Assembly: GCF_009914755.1 (NCBI RefSeq)
Contig: NC_060947.1
From: the human T2T-CHM13v2.0 reference genome, Homo sapiens
Length of the DNA stretch: 64,000 nt
Direction: 5' to 3' (one strand)
The position numbers were made by a program, and so were the translations under genes. This document shows, piece by piece, positions 46,370 to 61,200 of the stretch; positions within the stretch are counted from its first letter, which is position 1; the number at the start of each line of letters is the position of its first letter. Below the pieces are notes generated by a model. It was not told where the DNA came from. It searched no databases and saw only the letters and a program-made list of their open reading frames with translations.

Positions 46370-47430
46370 TTTTCATCCGATAAATATTCATTGAGATGTC
46401 CTTGTGTGCAGGCACTGTTCTAGGCACTGAGGATACAGCAGTGATATCTAGTGGGAGAAAGCAGACAATAAACAAATAACTAGTGTGATGGTTAATTGTA
46501 TGTGTCAACTTGGCTGAGCTAAGTGATGCTCAGAAAGCTGCTAAAACATTATTTCTGGATGTGTCTGTGAGGGCGTTTCCAGGAGAAATTGGCATTTGAG
46601 TCAGTAGACTGAGTAAAGAAGATCCAACCTGACCAATGTGAGTGGCCATCATCTAATCCATTGAGGGCACAAATGGAACAAAAACGTCAAAGAAGGTAAA
46701 ATTCTCTCTTTCTTATCTTGATCTGGGACATCTGTCTTCTCCTGTCCTGGGACTTTGGTGCTCCTGGTTCTCAGATCTTTGGACTCAGATCAGGACTTAC
46801 ACCATTGACTCCCCTGGTTCTCAGGGCTTCTGGTTTGGACTGCAACCACACCACTGGCTTTCCTGGGTCTCCAGCTTGTAGATGGCAGATCATGGTCCTT
46901 CTCAGACTACACGATAGTGTGAGACAATCCTTCATCCTGAATCTCTTTCTATATAGCTATATATCTCTTATTGATTCTGTCTCTCTGGAGACCTCTGATG
47001 AACACAAGTAGCTACACACAAAATCTGATCATGATAAGTGCCATGGAGAGAAATAAAACAGGGTAAGAAAGATGTGGAGTGTGGGATTGAAGCGTTACAA
47101 TTTTAATAGGGTGGACATGGACAGTTTTACCAAGAAGGTGACATTTGAGTAAAGACTTAAAGGAGGTGAAAATGTGAGTCACACAGACATCTTGGAGACA
47201 AGCACTACATGGTGAGGAAAAGCAAGGCCCCCAAAGCAAGAGCTGTTGGAGGAATTTCAAGGAGGCCAGCGTGGCTGGAACAGAGTGAGCAAGTGGAATG
47301 GAGTGGCAGGGAATGAGTGAGGGAGACAACAGCTCAGTAGGGCCTTGTGGGCTACTGGAAAGACTTTGGCTTTGACTCTCAGTGAGATAAGGAGGTATTT
47401 GAAGGAGTTTTAGCAGAGAAGGAACAATTC
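46370..47430 (-). mobile_element. L2a interrupted by an MLT2 LTR
   Basis: AGGCACTGTTCTAGGCACTGAGGATACAGCAGTGA; GAAGGTGACATTTGAGTAAAGACTTAAAGGAGGTGA; GGAGGCCAGCGTGGCTGGAACAGAGTGAG. Confidence 0.85.
46484..47006 (+). mobile_element. MLT2B-like (ERVL) solo LTR
   Basis: TGTGATGGTTAATTGTATGTGTCAACTTG...TTCTGTCTCTCTGGAGACCTCTGATGAACACA; TSD ACTAG/AGTAG. Confidence 0.9.
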
Positions 47431-48891
47431 TGTTTATTTTTAGGAGCTCTTTATATATTTAGGAAATTACTTCTTTGTTAGTCATATATTTTGGAATTTG
47501 TTGTTCCCCGTTTGTCATTTCTGTTTCTACATTTTGCTTATAATATTTGTCTATGTAAACCTTAATATGTACTTGGTTAAATTGATAAATTCTTTGCATA
47601 ATTAATAGCTAGCTATTGTTGGCCTACCTATAATTAATTTTGCTTTATCTAGTAATAGGCCTGAATTTTCATTTGGGATCCAGCCCTCTCCCTGACACTA
47701 TGCAGGGCCTGGGAGACTAAAGCCTGCTGGAAATAACTCCAGCTTGGCCCTGCCAAACATTACAACACCTAGCACCTGCTCTCCCCACCATAGTGACTGA
47801 TTTGGGCAGGAATGAGACCACAGCCACTCCAAGAGCCCAGCTGTTGGCTACCAGTAACATCTTCTCCTCTAAACAGGAGATCCAGCTATATTGAAGGCTT
47901 CCAAAATTACCCTATGTCTACCTGTCACAGGAATGTTCAGAGGACTAAGCCTCTGCCTTTCTCCACCCCATACTTACTTCATATGGAACTATGAATGGGC
48001 AACTTCACAATTTATTATTTACGTCACCTAGATGCAAGTCAGAGGGAGAAGCAACAAATCAGCAGTACCTAAGAAGTTCTCAAGTCCTCAAGGTGAACTT
48101 TACCTATATATACAAAATATATTTGCCTCTTTCCTTTAACCCTTTTTCTTACTCCCACCACTTTCCACCCAATGTGTAATAATATTAGTCACTTCATAGA
48201 GTCCTTATGAGAAGTTAAATGAGGAAATCATGTAAACCACTGAGGGCTGGCAACAAGTTCTTAATAAGTGCTATTGAGTTATGAGTATTATTATCTCCCT
48301 TGGGCTGGATTCACAGTGTCACCTCTTCTGGGACCATAGTAAGCCAATGGTTCCAGCTCCTTCTATTATGTCATTTTAATTTGGGGAATAGCTTAACATA
48401 TTAGATGATCCTTTACATGCCTGAGCGGTCTTTCTTTGATGGTATTTCTATGATCTTATGAAGAGCTAGATGTTGCCGCTCCATTTTATCTTGCTGGTGG
48501 CAGCTGGTGTTTAGCCAACTTGTCTTTTTTTTTCTGTCTTTATATTTTTGGTTTTGTTTTTTGGCAGAAGCCTGTGTTTTTCAGATTACTTTTTGCTTGT
48601 GTCTACTTTTTCCCAAAACAATATTACATACTAAACTTATTGTATATTTAAGTTTATTTTATGCATCAAAAGTCGCATTGAATTTCTGTGCTATTGTGGG
48701 GCAAATTGACATCAATGTAATTTAACTCATTTTATCCCAAATTAGGCTATGTCTTTCCATATACTCAAATCTTCTTTTATGTCCCTCAACAGTTTCCTTC
48801 ATATAAATATTGCATATTTCTAATTAAGTTTATTTTTCTAATCTCCATTTTGGATGTCTTAAATATAGTCTTTTCTCCCTTTGCTCTTTAT

Positions 48892-49093
48892 CAAAGATCT
48901 GCAAACTATGGCCTGTTTTTGTAAATAAAGTTTTGTAATAAAGTTTAAATGGCCACTCCCATTTGTTTACATGTTGAGTATGGCTGCTTTCAGACTGAAA
49001 TGGCGAATGAAGTGGTCATAACAAGACCATATGGCCTGGAAAGCAAATATATTTATTATCTGGCAATTTACAAAAAAAGTTTGCCAACCTCTG
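48892..49093 (+). mobile_element. MER58A (hAT-Charlie)
   Basis: GCAAACTATGGCCTGTTTTTGTAAATAAAGTTTT...AAAAAGTTTGCCAACCTCTG; approximate 8-bp TSD CTCTTTAT/CTTTATAT. Confidence 0.85.
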
Positions 49094-49319
49094 CTTTATA
49101 TTTTTGATCTAGTTGTTATTTGAAAATAAAGCTATTGATATTTGTATATTAATTTTTTACCCAGCTACCTTATTGTTTTTATTACTTAATAGTTTACAGT
49201 ATTTCTTTTAGTTTTTCCAGGTGTAACATCTGTAAATATTAATAAATCTATTAGCTAATATTTCATTTAGCATTTTTATATCTATACTCACATGAGAAGT
49301 TTTCTTTAATTTTCTTTTG

Positions 49320-49830
49320 TGTTTATCAACCTGTGTTCACTCAGGAAAATGAAGCCACTTAAGTATACCAGGAGTGGAGGGTTTCATATAGAAATGAGGG
49401 CTTATTTGAATTTTGGGAAAGCTGATGAAACAGGTCAGCAGAGTTACTGCAGAAGACCAGGAAAGTTACATCTGGAAGGTTAGGGAAGCAGACACTAAAG
49501 ACTTAAGCCTGAAGCATAGAAGTAAGGATCCGTCAATACTTATTGAGAAACTTCTGGAATTCTCAAGAACCTCTGAGAAATCTCCCATTCTGTGGCAATA
49601 AAGTGGTGGTACTCAAGCCATCACCAACATGGCTCATATGTCTCATTGCACTATGTCCAAAGACAAATGGCCTCTGCTTCTCTTCTGTCTCCTAAATCTC
49701 TTAAGATTTCCTCTTATTTGTTTAAGTCTAACCCAGAAGACTTACATGGCAGGTAATTCTGGGAAATGTATTCCCTTGTTTCTCCAAAGGGGTGGGGATA
49801 ATACCAAGTTGACAACAGAAAATCTAGCAC
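49320..49830 (-). mobile_element. Old ERVL LTR (LTR33-like, tentative)
   Basis: TTCACTCAGGAAAATGAAGCCACT...CTAACCCAGAAG...AATTCTGGGAAATGTA; purine-richer than the flanking L1. Confidence 0.5.
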
Positions 49831-50123
49831 CCTTTTTAAGGTTTTGGCATCAGTGATTTCTTGGTGCTCTAAATAGTTCTTATGATTATTCCATGGGTGC
49901 TTAAAAAGAATATGTATTCTCTGATTTAAGAATATGTAATTGATTTAACTATTGATTAGATATTAATAAAATAGATTTTTAAATTACCTTATTAATTTGG
50001 TTAAGTCCTCCATGACTACTTATTTTTTGACTATTTGTCATGGAAAGGTGTAGCTAAATAAATATAGAACTACTCTATATGTGTTTCTAGTTCTCTATGT
50101 ATTCTCTACATTTTGCTTTATAA

Positions 50124-50425
<302 letters not shown>

Positions 50426-53014
50426 TTTGCTTTATAAATTTTGATATGTTACTTGGTGCATAGATATTCATTGCTGTTAGACCTTCATTATGTGTTGTAC
50501 CCTGCCCTTCTTTGGTTCACTTTTCCTTGAATTCAGTCTTGTCTGATATTAATTTTCAGCTGTCTGCTTTCTTCTTATTTCCATTTTTCTAATATGCTTT
50601 TGCCTACTCATTTGCTTTCAATTTTTTCTGAGTCATTTCATTCTAGATGAGTATATTACAGTCAGTACTTAATTGGGTTTTTCTTTGTCACTGAATATGA
50701 GTGTCTCTTTTCCTGTGTATTGATAGGGTAGATATGTGTAGTATGAGTGTTACAATTTTTTAAAAAACTTTGATTTCTCTCCTTTGTTTTATTTGGGGTC
50801 TCCGGTTATTTTTTAAGGTGTATAGTGTCATTTTATTTTTAATGTTTGCCTCTGTAAAAATAATTTTATAGGCTGTACTTAATCTTCTATTTATTTAGCT
50901 AGTTTATATTGACTCTTCAATAACAGTAGTAAATGTCCCTACTTCTAACTCCCCTTGCCCTCCACCTTTTAATTTTGTGGGGTATACTACTGGCCTTAGT
51001 TTTTCTAGTGGTTAATTTTATACATTTAAATAGGTTTATACCTTTTAAACTTCAATGGCCACCTTTAAAAATATTTTGACCCCACCCACTATAAAAAATA
51101 AACATGCCATCTTACACGCACAATCTCACTTTCTCTCCCCTTACATTCCCTAATTTTTACTGGGTATTTTAATATTTCTTCATCATCGTGGTTGATTACA
51201 TTTACATGTATATTGCAGTGGTAGTTCCCATAATTGTTATAACCTTTAACCATAGTTCTACATTTATTTTTGCCACCGTTTTTCCCATTCACCTTTTGGT
51301 TCAACTTTATCTTCTAGTAGTGTCTTCAAAAAAGTGTTCTTGGAAACTACAGCCCATGAAACATTATTGCATATTTGAAAATATTTATCTGTCACCATTA
51401 CACCTGAATGACAATTTAGCTAGCTCAAATTTACTGGCTCACATCATCTTTTTTTTGGTAATTTTTTAAGTACTTCTCTACTGTCATGTAATGTTGTATG
51501 TAGGATAGCCTAAAGCCAACTTGTGTTTTTTTATTTTGCTGTTATAGTAGTTTGATCATTTTTGCCTAGATGCCCCATAGGATTATTTTTCTTTGTCTTT
51601 ATTTCAGGAAACCTTACTAGACTATGGTTCAGTGCTGACTAGACATTTTTTTCCTTAAGAAACACCATGCCCTTTAGATCCTTAGATTCAAATCTTTTTT
51701 AATATCAGTAAAGTTTTTAAATTTACATATTTGGATATTTTATACTTCTCTAGTTTTTTCTTCTTAAAGAAGAAAACATTAATTCTGTCTTTGCCTGTCT
51801 TCCATATCTACAATTTTCTTCTAATCACTTTTTATAATTTCCATTTCATTTTGCTCAATTGCCTCAAAGCTGCTATCTATTTTTCTGTTGTCAACAATCT
51901 GTACTCTTACATCAGCTACTATGATAATATTGTGTCACCATTTACTACTATTTACAAGCTAACCATAATTTCTCTGATGATTTTAGTTTTCTCTTCTACT
52001 TTGTGTCCTAGATACAGGCAGCTCAATTTTAATTTTTGTTGCTTTTCTTGATTCCTTATACCTCTGCATTAAGCTCTTAATTCACAAATTACTTCCATTG
52101 TTAAGTTATTGAGTTCTTAAACAAATATTTGGTCATGATTTTCATCTACTCCACATCAAAATGTTCATACTGTGTAGGCTGTTTGCCTTTTTTGTCCTGC
52201 TATTTTCCACCATTTTGTGACATTTTTGTATGGATCTCCTTGTTCCTTTTTTATTATTAGTCATCCTTGAGTGAGCAGAAATCTTCCTAGAGCAGGTATT
52301 TGAAAGAAGTAGTGTGGAAGAGGGGCTGGGGCTGTGTTCTGCGTTAGTAGAAAATCCCCTAATTCTTAGAAAAATCCTTTATGATTCATGGTCTTGTGGG
52401 AGAAGGTTGTGAAGCGGGTTTTGTGAATGTGCTTCATGTGCAATAGAGAGTGACTGAGAGGTGGTTTAACCTTTCTTCTTAGCTCACAAAGAATGGCTGC
52501 TACAGAGCTGCTTAACACCCACAGTTTTTCTTCTACATGCTGCACATTTACAAAGATGGAGTATCCGTGAGTTTTCTCACTCATTCCTACCTCCCCTGCC
52601 ATTTTAAAGTATCCAAGGAAGTTGGGGAGATTCCCTCAGCTAAACAGCCACCCAGATCTTATTGTTCCAAACAAAAAATTATTAGATTTGCCCTCTGAGC
52701 AGGTCACCTACTTTGGAGAATTTTGTGCTCTGCCAGCTCTCCTCAAGATTTGGAAAAGCAGTTATTTTCTATTGGAGCCCCCATCACTCCAGTCCAAAGT
52801 TCACTGCATGTGACATCCCATCTTATTTGTCTGGTTCCTGATTATAGGAGTTTCCCAGTTTCAACAAAAATACTGTCTTTGTTTTTGTTTCTCATTCATT
52901 TTTCCCCAATTTTGTTTCAAAGCGAAAAGTAAAAACATTCTTACTCTAACATCTTAAAATTAATGTCTGGGAGGAACCTAAACTGCTCATTAATATATGC
53001 CATGCTATATGTGA

Positions 53015-53447
53015 TATGGCAGAGACTGCTACCTGTCCACCAGAATCTATTTATTTTTCTTGGATGCACAATAAGACTACATTTCCTAGTCTCCCTTGCA
53101 ATTACATGTGACCATGTCATTAAGATTTAGTGGATGAAATTTAAGCAGAAGCAAGGTGTGTAAATTCTAGGGCTGGCCCATTACAAACTTTAACATGGGC
53201 ACCTGTGTGTTTTTCCTTTTCTGCTTAATTGGGTTGGAGATAATCACAGTGATGCTGAAAGCCATGTGCTAAAGAAGGCAGAGCCTCCTTCTGCTTGGGC
53301 TCCTGAATGACTGTGTGGAACAGAGGCCCTTGCCACTCTTGGGCCATTCTGGATTATTACATGCACAAAGAGTAAAGTTCTTTTCTGTTAAGCCATTAGA
53401 TGTATGGGTTTATTTGCTGTTACAGCCTAGTCGAACCCAAATGATGT
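53015..53447 (+). mobile_element. MLT1J-like MaLR LTR
   Basis: GACTACATTTCCTAGTCTCCCTTGCA...GGCTCCTGAATGACTGTGTGGAACAGAG...TGTTAAGCCATTAGA. Confidence 0.8.
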
Positions 53448-54287
53448 AGTGAGGGAGGCAGGACAAGGAAGAAACCTATTCAGTATGGAGTTATCCTTAG
53501 GGACAAGTTACAAAAATTATAAGGATCAGACACCACTGCTGGTTGATCCATTATAGACCAGAATAAGCAGGTGGTATGATTCCAGAAGGAGATGCCATGG
53601 TTGTGTGAGAGAGAGATTAACCATTCCTATAAACAGAAGGGTCAAAGAAAGTAGCCAGTCACCAGAATGCTTATATTAAGGAGGATTGTGACTACCTGTA
53701 TATAAAGTATAGGAAGAAAATGGGGCAGGGCAATTAAGATGAATTGCAGACACAACTATTTGTGCATATTAATTTGAATTTAAATTTAAACTTAATTTAA
53801 GGATAATTTAAAGGAAAATCTTCCCTTACCTATTTCATGCTGAAGGGGTCTTTCAAGTTGTCAAACTCTCTCTATATAAATAAGACTGCATAATCCAGAC
53901 CCTCCGGAATCCAGAGATGAATTGCATGTGGTAGCTGATGTGTGGGAAGCCCACAGAGCAGCACTTCTGGTCATTGCCATCCAGCTAGCTGGTGCTCTCA
54001 GAAGAATGAGATGAAGAGGCATGACTTTCAAGCTTCCTCTGCCATACAAGGTGAGTTTGGGTTCCAGGCTTCTTCCTAGCCCCTGTTTCTGCTTCCTCTG
54101 ATTTAATACCCAGTCACTGAGTACCTACTAAACACTCGGCATTAAACTGAAAAGAACAGGGAAGTCAAAAACCTTTTACCAATGCCTGATGGGATAAAGA
54201 CATGACCCATCCCTCAAAGAGCTTGTGGTCTTCCCATGGCAATGCCCTTCCTCCCTAGGCCAGATGGACTGTGAAGAACAGCAGTCT

Positions 54288-54453
54288 CAAGTGGATTTAT
54301 TGGGAAGCTCATGAAGACTCAGCTCAATGGGCCATGTTTGCAGGGGCCCCTTACAAGGCTCTGCACTTGATTTTGTAATTTTGAATTATTTTTCTCAAAA
54401 AGGCCTCCCAAATTATGTAAGCTTCAGGCCTTTAAAACTTGGATCTGTTCCCT
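54288..54453 (+). mobile_element. hAT-Tip100 MITE (Arthur1A/MER69A-like)
   Basis: GTGGATTTATTGGGAAGCTCATGAAG...GGCCTCCCAAATTATGTAAGCTTCAGGCC..AAAACTTGGATCTG. Confidence 0.65.
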
Positions 54454-55629
54454 TGAAGCCACATAATCTGATCAGAAATAATTTTCAGGGCTCATTGGGT
54501 GCTGGAGAATTCATGGTTAGATATTTAAATAAAAATGCAGAGAATCTATAGGACTTTCCAACTGAGACCAAGGCTTTTTTTTTCTGGTAGCTTGACTGCC
54601 AGGAAACAGAAAGCGGGGCATCTCCACCTGCTGGCAGAAGACCAAAACTACACCATATTGCATTGACCGCAGACATCAGGCTTTGTTTCCTTTTAAGTGA
54701 ATAGGTGAAATCAATCAAGCAAACTGGAATTAGGAAACAGAAGGACCACTCACAACCGTACCTCCACAGCAAAGCTAACACTTTCATTTTGAATAACCCC
54801 TTTCCAGCCCCTGTTTACATCAGTCACATTTTTGCATGGACATAATAGTGTTTCAGGCAGTCCTGCTCTACAGAAGGCATTTGTTTCGCTGACCATAAGC
54901 ATCTTATGTGCTTCTACATTGTCTTTATAGCCAGCTGTCTGAAGTTCTACATCATCCGTCAGTGATGGGTCCTGAGTAAACTCAGCAGTCTCCTCTAAGT
55001 AACTTGTATATATCCCTTTTATAAAGAATGCTGCAGTGGCCACCCTTAAGTATAGAACTTTGTCTTTCCCAGGCATTACTTACAGGAAACTGGGGACCAA
55101 ATGCCACTCCATAGCATAGCTTAGGAGAAGTGAGATTCCAAAGGACAGAGTGGGCTGGCACATATGTAGTAGAAGACTAGACAAATGAGAGTGAATGAGC
55201 GAGTCTGTTGTGAGTGGATGACACGCAATGCAACCCCAAGGGCTGGCTCCAATTTGCACAGTCCCTAAAACATCCCAGGGATCCAGTCTTATCGCAGTCT
55301 CATCAACATTGACAATAATCATTTAGAGAATTTTCACCATGAGACTTTTGACACTCTGCTCTGGGATTTTGGAGTTCCAACTGCTTTAACAATTTATACA
55401 GTCACTCAAATGTAGAATCCAGTGAATTATTAATGACAATTTTGCTCCGCATATTGAAAGGGCATTCTATATTAATCAATTATAAATCATGATAAATTGC
55501 TTTCTAAAAATTATACACTTGAAACCCAGAAATGTTCAAGCCCCTCACCAGTTTACATACATCCTTAACCGTGTCTTGTTAACTGGGTGACCAGGAAACA
55601 GAGAAAGGAGGATGTACTTAATGAATAAC

Positions 55630-55960
55630 TGGCCAGAAGTCGGAAGACCTAGATTTTCTTCCTATCCCTTCCATAGATTTGCTCTGTGACCCTAGACAAT
55701 TCATATGCCCCCTCTGTTACCATACTTTTAAGCTGAAGGGGTTATAGTGCATACTTTCTGAGGTCCTTCTAACACTGGAGATCTATGAGTTCATAAGATC
55801 ACATAGAGTCTTGGACTTTTCAGAGATCACTAGGCATAAGAAAGCCCTCGAGGACATCCTCTTCCTAGATCAACCACTCCAAGCTAAGACCTTAATGGGT
55901 CTACACTGTCATCCATTTATATAGGAGAGAGGATGGTACAAGCTAAGTGAAAGTCTGTTG
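55630..55960. mobile_element. MIR3/MIR fragments in opposite orientations
   Basis: TGTGACCCTAGACAATTCA...TCTGAGGTCCTTCTAACACT..ATCTATGA, then AAAGCCCTCGAGGACATC. Confidence 0.5.
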
Positions 55961-56169
55961 TCAACTCAGGAACTAGGGTACAGTTCCAGCAATCAATCTC
56001 CATGGAGGGTTAGCAGAGGTCTGGCCTAGCCAATTAGGGTTTGGCACTGCCATATGCTACTAGAAAACACATGCTTTCATGCCAGGCAACAGGGTGGGAA
56101 GTGCAATGCCATTAAGGACCATACCTTAGCCTACTTAAACTAGCCTGGGATTGAGTTACTGAGCTCAAA

Positions 56170-56355
56170 ATACAATTCAGCACACTTTCCTGCCCACTGC
56201 AAGTCAGGCCAGCCCCTGGAGAACTCCAGAGACAAGGCAAGTCTGGAGTTTGTCCCCAAGGAACTCCCAGTCTAGTGGAGGAGATGGGCCCATAGCAGAG
56301 TTACAAATGTCCAAAATAAGAGCACAAATTCCTGGGTTCTTAAAGAGAGTTCAAG

Positions 56356-56391
<36 letters not shown>

Positions 56392-56640
56392 AATTAATTT
56401 AGATAAGGAAGGGAGGTAGGGAGAGATGGTGCCAGCAATGGCTTCCTGAGGAAATGTCACTTGTGATGGGTCTTTTAGGTGAGTTGGACATTGAGAGAAA
56501 GTAATCAAAAGGGCACAAGATAGGGTAGCTGTCAGGTAAACAAAACAAAACTGTATGCACAAAGGTCTAGAGGCAAGAAAGCATGGGTGTGCTTGCATAG
56601 CAATGAAGAATGTGGTTTGGCCAAAGCATAGGATTCACAG
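56170..56640 (-). mobile_element. L2 fragment containing (CA)n(GA)n at 56356-56390
   Basis: CAAGGAACTCCCAGTCTAGTGG, GGCTTCCTGAGGAAATGTCACTTG, ATGCACAAAGGTCTAGAGGCAAGAAAGCATGG. Confidence 0.7.
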
Positions 56641-57711
56641 AAGGACCTCCCCAGGCCATCAGTAGTCTCTCCTTCGCAGGAGTCCACTGTGGCTGGACGA
56701 GGAACAGATCAAAACAGGTCTTGTTTGAGGCTTGGCCCAACAACAGGGCCAGCTGTTGACCAGGGCTTCCTTCACCCTTAGCTTTCTCTCCCCCTAGTGT
56801 AGTCAGAGACTCCAAAGGCAGTCCCAGAGTGTTGTGCCAAAACAAATGCACATCAGGCTATTGTCATCAGGAGCCCTTGTCTTGTTCTGTTTGTTTTAAG
56901 AAGACATAAGTGAAATAACCAGGTTTCCGAAGAGAGGGCAGAATTGGGTTTGTCCCCAGGGAAAATGAGGTTTCTCCACCATGGCTGTTCTCCCCATGCA
57001 GCAGCGGCCAGGGGTCCCCAGCAGCTCTTTGCTCAGTGCCCCTGCTGCTAGGCCTGATGCTTCCTATGTGGTCAGCTCAGATGTGCAACCCTTCTCCATT
57101 TTTATTATTTGAGCAATATAATCATTATTGCTTTTGTTACCCAAAATCTTATAATCACCCATTTAAGAGTAATGTAGGAATCATTTTTCTCTTTTATTTG
57201 ATGAACTAATCTTTCTGGTTGGCTCTTGAGGTGGGAGGGGTGGGCAATGGGGACCAGCCTGCTTCATCTCACTCTTTCCTAGGCCTGCTCCTTAGGCACG
57301 TGCCCCACAAATCCCACCTCCGCAGGTTGGAAAAGGGGCCCACAGAGGATCTCAGGTATCTGAGGAAGGGCCAGAGGCTATTTGGCCTGACATCCTGGAA
57401 CATCACCAGCCAGGAGCCATAACTCCTTTAGGCTAGCCTGCCTGCAACTGGATCAGGTATAGCAAAAACGATTGATCTCACCTTCTAATTTTCAATGAGT
57501 GGGAGTGGCTGCCTTGAGTGCTGTGTTGGGAAGGAGTCTGAGGCAGCATCTGGACCCTGTGTAAATATGCGTTTCCTGTTATTGATGAAGCTTTCAAGAC
57601 AAGATTTTAGAAAGCTTTGGCTCAAGTTGTAGGTTGTGGGAGGAAGGAATTAGTAAGAGCCATCATAAACTCAACATCTATTGTGTTCCAGGAGCTGTGA
57701 CCACTCCCTTC

Positions 57712-57877
57712 TTTTTAGTCGGGAAGGTCAGGATCTCACTATGTCACCTAGGCTAGAGTGCAATGGTGTGATTATTGCTCATTGTAGTCTTGAATTTGAA
57801 TTCCTGGGCTCAAGTAATCCTCCTGCCTCAGCCTTCTGAGTAGGTGGGACTACTGGTGTGTGCCACCACACTCGGCT
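57712..57877 (-). mobile_element. Alu right monomer (FRAM/AluJ fragment)
   Basis: GGATCTCACTATGTCACCTAGGCTAGAGTGCAATGG...CCTGGGCTCAAGTAATCCTCCTGCCTCAGCC; flanks ACTCCCCTT / ACTCCTCCCTT. Confidence 0.85.
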
Positions 57878-58902
57878 TACTCCTCCCTTTGTATCCTGCT
57901 GCATCGTTAGTGCATGATACCCACCACCCCCTCAGAGGCCCAGCCTAGTGCTGTCTCTCAGAAAAACACCCTTTGAGTCAACAGAGACAAACTTAGGGGG
58001 TGCCTGACTCCAAAGTCCAGGCCTTCCTCCTTTGAGGAACAGCATGGCTTCCCCAGGGAATATCATTCCATGGAGACAAGGCCTGCAGACAGATCTCATT
58101 TTCATCTGTTCTTTTACTAGCCCTTGGAGGATTTGCTCCAAAAACCTGAGGCACTGATGTTTACTCCAGCTTTACTTCCCCCATACCTGGTGAACAACTC
58201 TGGCCCAGCTTCCACACACCAAGGCCCATGGCTCTAATAGAGCCAGAGAGGCAGTCTCAGCTAAGAAGAGCTGTATCCTCCAGGGACCAGCAGGAACTTC
58301 CAGAGATATCCTACAAGCTCCAACTGCTGGGAAAAGCAGACTGGGGTCTTCCTCAGGCTCCACCAAAGATAGCCAAGTGGCAGCAATGACATGAGCACCT
58401 CATTCCTGTCCTAGACCCTGGCAATTCCATGAGAGGGAGGCTCTGAATTCACCTCTGTTCCCAGGATGTGTGACATCAATGCACATTGTCATACCAGATA
58501 CACCTGCCAAATTTCAGAACCCCTGGGAAGTGACCAGAATGCCACTGAATTCAACACCTTAGACCAATGAACATGACCTGGGTCCTGTAGGATAGGAGGC
58601 AGCAGCAGTGTATACCCAGACCTGCCCTCAACATCTCTGACTTTTAGGCATAGCAGGAACATTGGAATCTCTGCCCCCACTTTTTTAAAAATCTATTTGG
58701 ATTCCACACACACAAAAAAAATGATTTTGAAAAAGGAAAATTTCGCTCCCTAAAAACAAGAGTGAACATTTTATCAATTAAAAGTAACAACTCATTTACA
58801 GAAAGGGAACAGGCCCAGAAAAGAAAGTCCCTTTCCCTTAGTCTCACAGTTAGATTTTTTTATGGCAAAGCACAGACTAGAATGTATTCTTCCTGAAGCA
58901 TA

Positions 58903-59263
58903 TGGTATGGACTGAATGTTTGTGTACCTACCCCTCAAATTTATATGTTGAAGCCCAATCCCCAATAGGATGTAATTGGGAGGTGAGGCCTTTGGGAGGT
59001 AATTAAGTTATAAAGGTAGAGCCCTCATGAATGGGATTACTGCTCTTACAAGAAGAGAAACAAGAGAGATGATCTCTTTCTTGACCACGTGAGGATACAG
59101 CTAAAAGATGATCATCTGCAAACCAGGACAAGAGCCCTCCCTAGACAATCTATCAGCACTTTGATCTTGGACTTCCCTACCTCCATAAATATGAGAAATA
59201 AATGTTTATTATTTAAGCCATCCAGTCTATGGTTATTCTGTTATAGCTGCCTAAACTAAGACA
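58903..59263 (+). mobile_element. MLT1A/MLT1A0 solo LTR
   Basis: TGGTATGGACTGAATGTTTGTGT...GAGCCCTCATGAATGGGATTA...AACTAAGACA; TSD GCATA/CCATA. Confidence 0.9.
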
Positions 59264-59734
59264 CCATACTATCCAAGCACATTGACACAAGCCTATTTCA
59301 TCCCCTGAGAGCTCTGCTAGAGGTTATGAGCTCATGTGACCTGTTGAGTGGCAGAAGTAAGAAAGCAAGTGTCTTAGCTTGTTGAGGCTACTGTAACAAA
59401 ATGCCACCAACTGGGTGGCTTAAACAACAGGAATGTATTTTTTCACAGGTTTGGAGGCCGGAAATCTGAGATCAAGGTGTTTGCAGGGCTGTTTCCTTGA
59501 CTTATAGAAGCATCACCCCGATCTCTGCCTTCATGCTCACATGGTGTTCTTCCTGTGTGCATATCCATCTCTGTGTCCAAATGTCCCCTTTTATAAGGAC
59601 ACAGGTTATTAGGTTAGGGCCCATCCCAATTACCTCATCTTAACTTGATTACATCTTAAAAGATGATTTTCATCTCAATAAGATTACATTCTGAGATACT
59701 AGGGTTTAGGACTTTAACATATGAATTTAGGGGT

Positions 59735-60354
<620 letters not shown>

Positions 60355-61171
60355 GGGGCTATGGACAAAATTCTACCCGTAACGGTAAGTATAATTAGAG
60401 GCCAGAGGTCAGAAATAAATAGTGAGGTCGCAAAAGCCCAAAGGGCTTTCTGAGTGAGACGGGCGCTGGAAAGGGGATAGGGAAGGCAGCTCTGCCCCTT
60501 GTTTTCCCAGTCTCTGCCTCTCTGGGTCGTTGGGGAGGAGATGAGAAGAAACACTTTTCCCTCATAGGCAAACACATGTGGCTAGACTTACTGAAGCACC
60601 AGGGGTAACAATGCTCTTATTGTCCCCTTCCTTCTCCATCTTCCATGTGCATGTACTCACCAACAGGCATAACGGCATGGCCAGGAACGTCAAACTAGAA
60701 ACCACCTCGAAGATACTAAACTTCACAAAGTGCTTTCCTTTTACAGTAGAATAAGCCAATTGTCCTTCAATGGACTGGCAGGACATGTAGCTCTCAGTTT
60801 CTATAGCTTCAGGGATATCCACAGAATAATAGCAGTTGAATGTCTTTTAAACTCAATTGCTGGTTTTATGCAATCCTATTTGGAGAGCAAGTGGCCCAGA
60901 GAGAAGGGACTTACCCAAGGTCACACAGTGAGTTAGAGACAGACTTGGAACTCAGTCCCCAGTTTCCACCTTCTTATAAGAACTATCAGATCATGGGGAT
61001 ACCCAAGCTCAATGTTGTTTTTTCTGTGCTAGCCTCCTTCTAGCATGCCATGTTGCTTACCTCAGTGGAAAGTTAGTAACAGGTTTTCCCACCATATATG
61101 GACCCTAAAGATATTCAACAGGGACCTCCTAGAAATACTGTCTTGCTCCAAAGAAGGGACAGCTTGTGGTG

Positions 61172-61200
61172 GTGTGCGTGTGTGTGTGTGTGTGTGTGTG
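61172..61200. repeat. (TG)n microsatellite
   Basis: Direct reading. Confidence 0.95.
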
